Shown: piece by piece, positions 57,801 to 64,000 of the stretch
Layout: every line of letters begins with the position of its first letter
Position numbering within the stretch: the first letter of the stretch is position 1
Assembly (NCBI GenBank): GCA_964016885.1
Contig: OZ024755.1
Coordinates: forward strand, 40,734,001 to 40,798,000
Length of the DNA stretch: 64,000 bases
Direction of reading: 5' to 3'
DNA from: Eledone cirrhosa
Lineage: Eukaryota
Position numbers and translations under genes: made by a program
Notes under the pieces: generated by a model
Seen by the model: the letters and a program-made list of their open reading frames with translations, nothing else
What the model was told of the DNA's origin: nothing
Databases searched by the model: none

Positions 57801-60800
57801 GACACCGTTTATGTCTTTAACCCTTCCATCAACATATTTCTAATGTAAGACACTGTCTATGTCATTAACCCTTCCATTACCATATTTCTAATGAAAGACA
57901 CTGTATATATGTCATTAACCCTTCCATTACCAGATTTCTAGTGAAAGACACTGTATATGTCATTAACCCTTCCATTACCATATTTCTAATGAAAGACACC
58001 GTCTATGTCATTAACCCTTCCATTACCATATTTCTAATGAAAGACACCGTCTATGTCTTTAACCCTTCCATTACCATATTTCTAATGAAAGACACTGTAT
58101 ATATCATTAACCCTTCCATTACCATATTTCTAATGAAAGACACTGTATATGTCATTAACCCTTCCATTACCAGATTTCTAATGAAAGACACCGTCTATGT
58201 CATTAACCCTTCCATTACCATATTTCTAATGAAAGACACCGTCTATGTCTTTAACCCTTCCATTACCATATTTCTAATGAAAGACACCGTCTAGGTCATT
58301 AACCCCTCCATTACCATATTTCTAATGAAAGACACTGTCTAGTCATTAACCCTTTTATTACCATATTTCTAATGAAAGACACTGTCTATGTCATTAACCC
58401 TTCCATTACCATATTTCTAATGAAAGACACTGTCTATGTCATTAACCTTTTCATTACTATATTTCTAATGAAAGACACCGTCTATGTCTTTAACACTTTC
58501 ATTACCATATTTCTAATGAAAGACACCGTCTATGTCATTAATCCTTTCATTACCAGATTTCTAATGAAAGACACCGTCTATGTCATTAACCCTTCCATTA
58601 CCAGATTTCTAATGAAAGACACTGTATATGTCATTAACCCTTCCATTACCAGATTTCTAATGAAAGACACCGTCTATGTCATTAACCCTTCCATTACCAG
58701 ATTTCTAATGAAAGACACTGTATATGTCATTAACCCTTCCATTACCAGATTTCTAATGAAAGACACCGTCTATGTCATTAACCCTTCCATTACCAGATTT
58801 CTAATGAAAGACACTGTATATGTCATTAACCCTTCCATTACCAGATTTCTAATGAAAGACACCGTCTATGTCATTAACCCTTCCATTACCAGATTTCTAA
58901 TGAAAGACACTGTCTATGTCATTAACCCTTCCATTACCAGATTTCTAATGAAAGACACTGTATATGTCATTAACCCTTCCATTACCAGATTTCTAATGAA
59001 AGACACCGTCTATGTCATTAACCCTTCCATTACCAGATTTCTAATGAAAGACACTGTCTATGTCATTAACCCTTCCATTACCAGATTTCTAATGAAAGAC
59101 ACCGTCTATGTCATTAACCCTTCCATTACCAGATTTCTAATGAAAGACACTGTCTATGTCATTAACCCTTCCATTACCAGATTTCTAATGAAAGACACTG
59201 TATATGTCATTAACCCTTCCATTACCAGATTTCTAATGAAAGACACTGTCTATGTCATTAACCCTTCCATTACCAGATTTCTAATGAAAGACACTGTCTA
59301 TGTCATTAACCCTTCCATTACCAGATTTCTAATGAAAGACACCGTCTATGTCATTAACCCTTCCATTACCAGATTTCTAATGAAAGACACTGTCTATGTC
59401 ATTAACCCTTCCATTACCAGATTTCTAATGAAAGACACCGTCTATGTCATTAACCCTTCCATTACCAGATTTCTAATGAAAGACACTGTCTATGTCATTA
59501 ACCCTTCCATTACCAGATTTCTAATGAAAGACACTGTCTATGTCATTAACCCCTCCATTACCATATTTCTAATGAAAGACACTGTATATGTCATTAACCC
59601 TTTCCTTACCATATTTCTAATGAAAGACACTGCCTATGTCATTAACCCTTTCATTACCATATTTCTAATGAAAGACACAGCCTATGTCATTAACCCTTTC
59701 ATTACCATATTTCTAATGAAAGACACTGCCTATGTCATTAACTCTTCCATTACCATATTTCTAATGAAAGACACTGCCTATGTCATTAACCCTTTCATTA
59801 CCATATTTCTAATGAAAGACACTGCCTATGTCATTAACCCTTTCATTACCATATTTCTAATGAAAGACACTGTCTATGTCTTTAACCCTTTCATTACCAT
59901 ATTTCTAATGAAAGACACTGCCTATGTCATTAACCCTTTCATTACCATATTTCTAATGAAAGACACTGTCTATGTCTTTAACCCTTTCATTACCATATTT
60001 CTACTGAAAGACACTGTCTATGTCTTTAACCCTTTCATTACCATATTTCTAATGAAAGACACAGCCTATGTCATTAACCCTTTCATTACCATATTTCTAA
60101 TGAAAGACACCGTCTATGTCTTTAACCCTTCCATTACCATATTTCTATTGAAAGACACTGTCTATGTCATTAACCCTTCCATTACCAGATTTCTAATGAA
60201 AGACACTGTCTATGTCTTTAACCCTTTCATTACCATATATCTAATGAAAGACACTGTCTATGTCATTAACCCTTCCATTACCAGATTTCTAATGAAAGAC
60301 ACTGTCTATGTCATTAACCCTTTCATTACCATATATCTAATAAAAGACACTGTCTATGTCTTTAACCCTTTCATTACCATATTTCTAATGAAAAACACCG
60401 TCCATGTCATTAACCCTTTCATTACCATATTTCTAATGAAAAACACCGTCCATGTCATTAACCCTTTCATTACCATATTTCTAATAAAAGACACTGTCTA
60501 TGTCTTTAACCCTTTCATTACCATATTTCTAATGAAAAACACCGTCCATGTCATTAACCCTTTCATTACCATATTTCTAATAAAAGACACTGTCTATGTC
60601 TTTAACCCTTTCATTACCATATTTCTAATGAAAAACACCGTCCATGTCATTAACCCTTTCATTACCATATTTCTAATAAAAGACACCGTCTATGTCTTTA
60701 ACCCTTCCATTACCATATTTCTAATGAAAAACACCGTCTATGTCATTAACCCTTCCATTACCATATTTCTAATGAAAGACACTGTCTATGTCATTAACCC

Positions 60801-61930
60801 TTTCATTACCAGATTTCTAATGAAAGACACTGTCTATGTCATTAACCCTTCCATTACCATATTTCTATTGAAAGACACTGCCTATGTCATTAACCTTTTC
60901 ATTACCATATTTCTAATAAAAGACACTGTCTATGTCTTTAACCCTTTCATTACCATATTTCTAATGAAATACACCGTCTATGTCTTTAACACTTTCATTA
61001 CCATATTTCTAATGAAAGACACCGTCTATGTCATTAACCCTTCCATTTCCGGATTTCTAATGAAAGACACTGTATATGTCATTAACCCTTCCATTACCAT
61101 ATTTCTAATGAAAGACACCGTCTACGTCATTAACCCTTACGTTACCATATTTCTAATGAAAGACACCGTTTATGTCTTTAACCCTTCCATCAACATATTT
61201 CTAATGTAAGACACTGTCTATGTCATTAACCCTTCCATTACCATATTTCTAATGAAAGACACTGTATATATGTCATTAACCCTTCCATTACCAGATTTCT
61301 AGTGAAAGACACTGTATATGTCATTAACCCTTCCATTACCATATTTCTAATGAAAGACACCGTCTATGTCATTAACCCTTCCATTTACATATTTCTAATG
61401 AAAGACACCGTCTATGTCTTTAACCCTTCCATTACCATATTTCTAATGAAAGACACTGTATATATCATTAACCCTTCCATTACCATATTTCTAATGAAAG
61501 ACACTGTATATGTCATTAACCCTTCCATTACCAGATTTCTAATGAAAGACACCGTCTATGTCATTAACCCTTCCATTACCATATTTCTAATGAAAGACAC
61601 CGTCTATGTCTTTAACCCTTCCATTACCATATTTCTAATGAAAGACACCGTCTAGGTCATTAACCCCTCCATTACCATATTTCTAATGAAAGACACTGTC
61701 TAGTCATTAACCCTTTTATTACCATATTTCTAATGAAAGACACTGTCTATGTCATTAACCCTTCCATTACCATATTTCTAATGAAAGACACTGTCTATGT
61801 CATTAACCTTTTCATTACTATATTTCTAATGAAAGACACCGTCTATGTCTTTAACACTTTCATTACCATATTTCTAATGAAAGACACCGTCTATGTCATT
61901 AATCCTTTCATTACCAGATTTCTAATGAAA
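51900..61930. repeat. Higher-order repeat of 70 monomers (3361 bp), about 3 tandem copies; boundaries approximate
   Basis: Landmarks 54487/57848/61209 (atgTAA variant) and 54933/58294/61655 are spaced by 3361 = 70x48+1. The 945-aa translations at 55011 and 58372 are near-identical. Confidence 0.95.
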
Positions 61931-64000
61931 GACACCGTCTATGTCTTTAACCCTTCCATTACCATATTTCTAATGAAAGACACTGTCTATGTCATTAACC
62001 CTTCCATTGCCAGATTTCTAATGAAAGACACTATATATGTCATTAACCCTTCCATTACCATATTTCTAATGAAAGACACTGTCTATGTCATTAACCCTTC
62101 CATTACCATATTTGTAATGAAAGACACTGTATATGTCATTAACCCTTCCATTACCATATTTCTAATGAAAGACACTGTCTATGTCATTAACCCTTCCATT
62201 AACAGATTTCGAATGAAAGACACTGTATATGTCATTAACCCTTCCATTACCATATTTCTAATAAAAGACACTGTCTATGTCTTTAACCCTTTCATTACCA
62301 TATTTCTAATAAAAGACACCGTCTATGTCTTTAACCTTTTCATTACCATATTTCTAATAAAAGACACCGTCTATGTCATTAACCCTTTCATTACCATATT
62401 TCTAATAAAAGACACCGTCTATGTCTTTAACCCTTTCATTACCATATTTCTAATAAAAGACACCGTCTATGTCTTTAACCCTTACATTACCATATTTCTA
62501 ATAAAAGACACTGTCTATGTCATTAACCCTTTCATTACCATATTTCTAATAAAAGACACTGTCTATGTCTTTAACCCTTTCATTACCATATTTCTAATAA
62601 AAGACACCGTCTATGTCATCAACCCTTTCATTACCATATTTCTAATAAAAGACACCGTCTATGTCATTAACCCTTTCATTACCATATTGCTAATGAAAGA
62701 CACTATCTATGTCTTTAACCCTTTCATTACCATATTTCTAATAAAAGACACCGTCTATGTCATTAACCCTTTCATTACCATATTTCTAATGAAAGACACT
62801 GTCTATGTCATTAACCCTTTCATTACCATATTTCTAATAAAAGACACCGTCTATGTCTTTAACCCTTTCATTACCATATTTCTAATAAAAGACACCGTCT
62901 ATGTCATTAACCCTTTCATTACCATATTGCTAATGAAAGACACTGTCTATGTCATTAACCCTTTCATTACCAGATTTCTAATGAAAGACACTGTATATGT
63001 CATTAACCCTTCCATTACCATATTTCTAATGAAAGACACCGTCTATGTCATTAACCCTTCCATTACCATATTTCTAATGAAAGACACCGTCTATGTCATT
63101 AACCCTTCCATTACCATATTTCTAATGAAAGACACCGTCTATGTCATTAACCCTTCCATTACCATATTTCTAATGAAAGACACCGTCTATGTCATTAACC
63201 CTTCCATCAACATATTTCTAATGAAAGACACCGTCTATGTCATTAACCCTTCCATTACCATATTTCTAATAAAAGACACTGTCTATGTCATTAACCCTTC
63301 CATTACCATATTTCTAATGAAAGACACCGTCTATGTCATTAACCCTTCCATTACCATATTTCTAATGAAAGACACCGTCTACGTCATTAACCCTTACATT
63401 ACCATATTTCTAATGAAAGACACCGTCTATGTCTTTAACCCTTCCATCAACATATTTCTAATGAAAGACACTGTCTATGTCATTAACCCTTCCATTACCA
63501 GATTTCTAGTGAAAGACACTGTATATGTCATTAACCCTTCCATTACCATATTTCTAATGAAAGACACCGTCTATGTCATTAACCCTTCCATTACCATATT
63601 TCTAATGAAAGACACCGTCTATGTCTTTAACCCTTCCATTACCATATTTCTAATGAAAGACACTGTATATATCATTAACCCTTCCATTACCATATTTCTA
63701 ATGAAAGACACTGTATATGTCATTAACCCTTCCATTACCAGATTTCTAATGAAAGACACCGTCTATGTCATTAACCCTTCCATTACCATATTTCTAATGA
63801 AAGACACCGTCTATGTCTTTAACCCTTCCATTACCATATTTCTAATGAAAGACACCGTCTAGGTCATTAACCCCTCCATTACCATATTTCTAATGAAAGA
63901 CACTGTCTAGTCATTAACCCTTTTATTACCATATTTCTAATGAAAGACACTGTCTATGTCATTAACCCTTCCATTACCATATTTCTAATGAAAGACACTG

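Larger units (their letters stand above)
1..64000. repeat. 48-bp tandem satellite array, about 1,330 monomers, running off both window ends
   Basis: Every line examined matches ATRAAAGACACYGTMTATGTCWTTAACCCTTYCATTACCAKATTTCTA with a few substitutions or short indels. The 16-aa period of all + strand ORFs reflects the 48-bp unit. No inversion or foreign insert was seen. Confidence 0.99.

Noticed and set aside
13-63862. Dozens of + strand ORFs, up to 1089 aa, made of MKDTVYVINPSITIFL repeats
   Set aside because: A 48-bp unit with one stop-free frame gives such ORFs automatically. Stops and frameshifts (-1, -7, -13, -23, +2) are copied freely, radical changes (I/R, S/F) are common, and there is no unique domain. 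The two synonymous polymorphisms (ACY, GTM) are not enough evidence of coding. Ribosome profiling or proteomics would be needed to revive this.
1-64000. CRISPR array or cassette array suggested by the regular period and dyad symmetry
   Set aside because: There are no unique spacers; the entire 48 bp is repeated. No cas, integrase or reverse transcriptase gene is present.
1-64000. Variant order as an information-bearing code or programmed diversification system
   Set aside because: The order is explained by nested tandem duplication and unequal exchange, and no associated machinery is visible in the window.
1-64000. True telomeric array or G-quadruplex region
   Set aside because: There is only one TAACCC per 48 bp, and the minus-strand GGG tracts are about 45 nt apart.

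Overview
The whole 64 kb window is one uninterrupted head-to-tail tandem array of a 48-bp, AT-rich (about 33% GC) monomer, roughly 1,330 copies in a single orientation. The consensus is ATRAAAGACACYGTMTATGTCWTTAACCCTTYCATTACCAKATTTCTA. This looks like eukaryotic satellite DNA; the organism and family cannot be named from the sequence. I saw no unique sequence, RNA gene, transposon body or CRISPR spacer. The long MKDTVYVINPSITIFL-repeat ORFs are best explained by a 48-bp unit that has one stop-free frame. The informative structure is the order of monomer variants: higher-order repeats of 659, 2188, 2304, 2470 and 3361 bp, duplications at offsets of 4.4, 8.5, 9.0 and 15 kb, two sub-domains meeting at about 37-41 kb, and homogenised runs of one variant. 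The monomer also contains a 9-9-9 inverted repeat. I found no support for a novel gene system.
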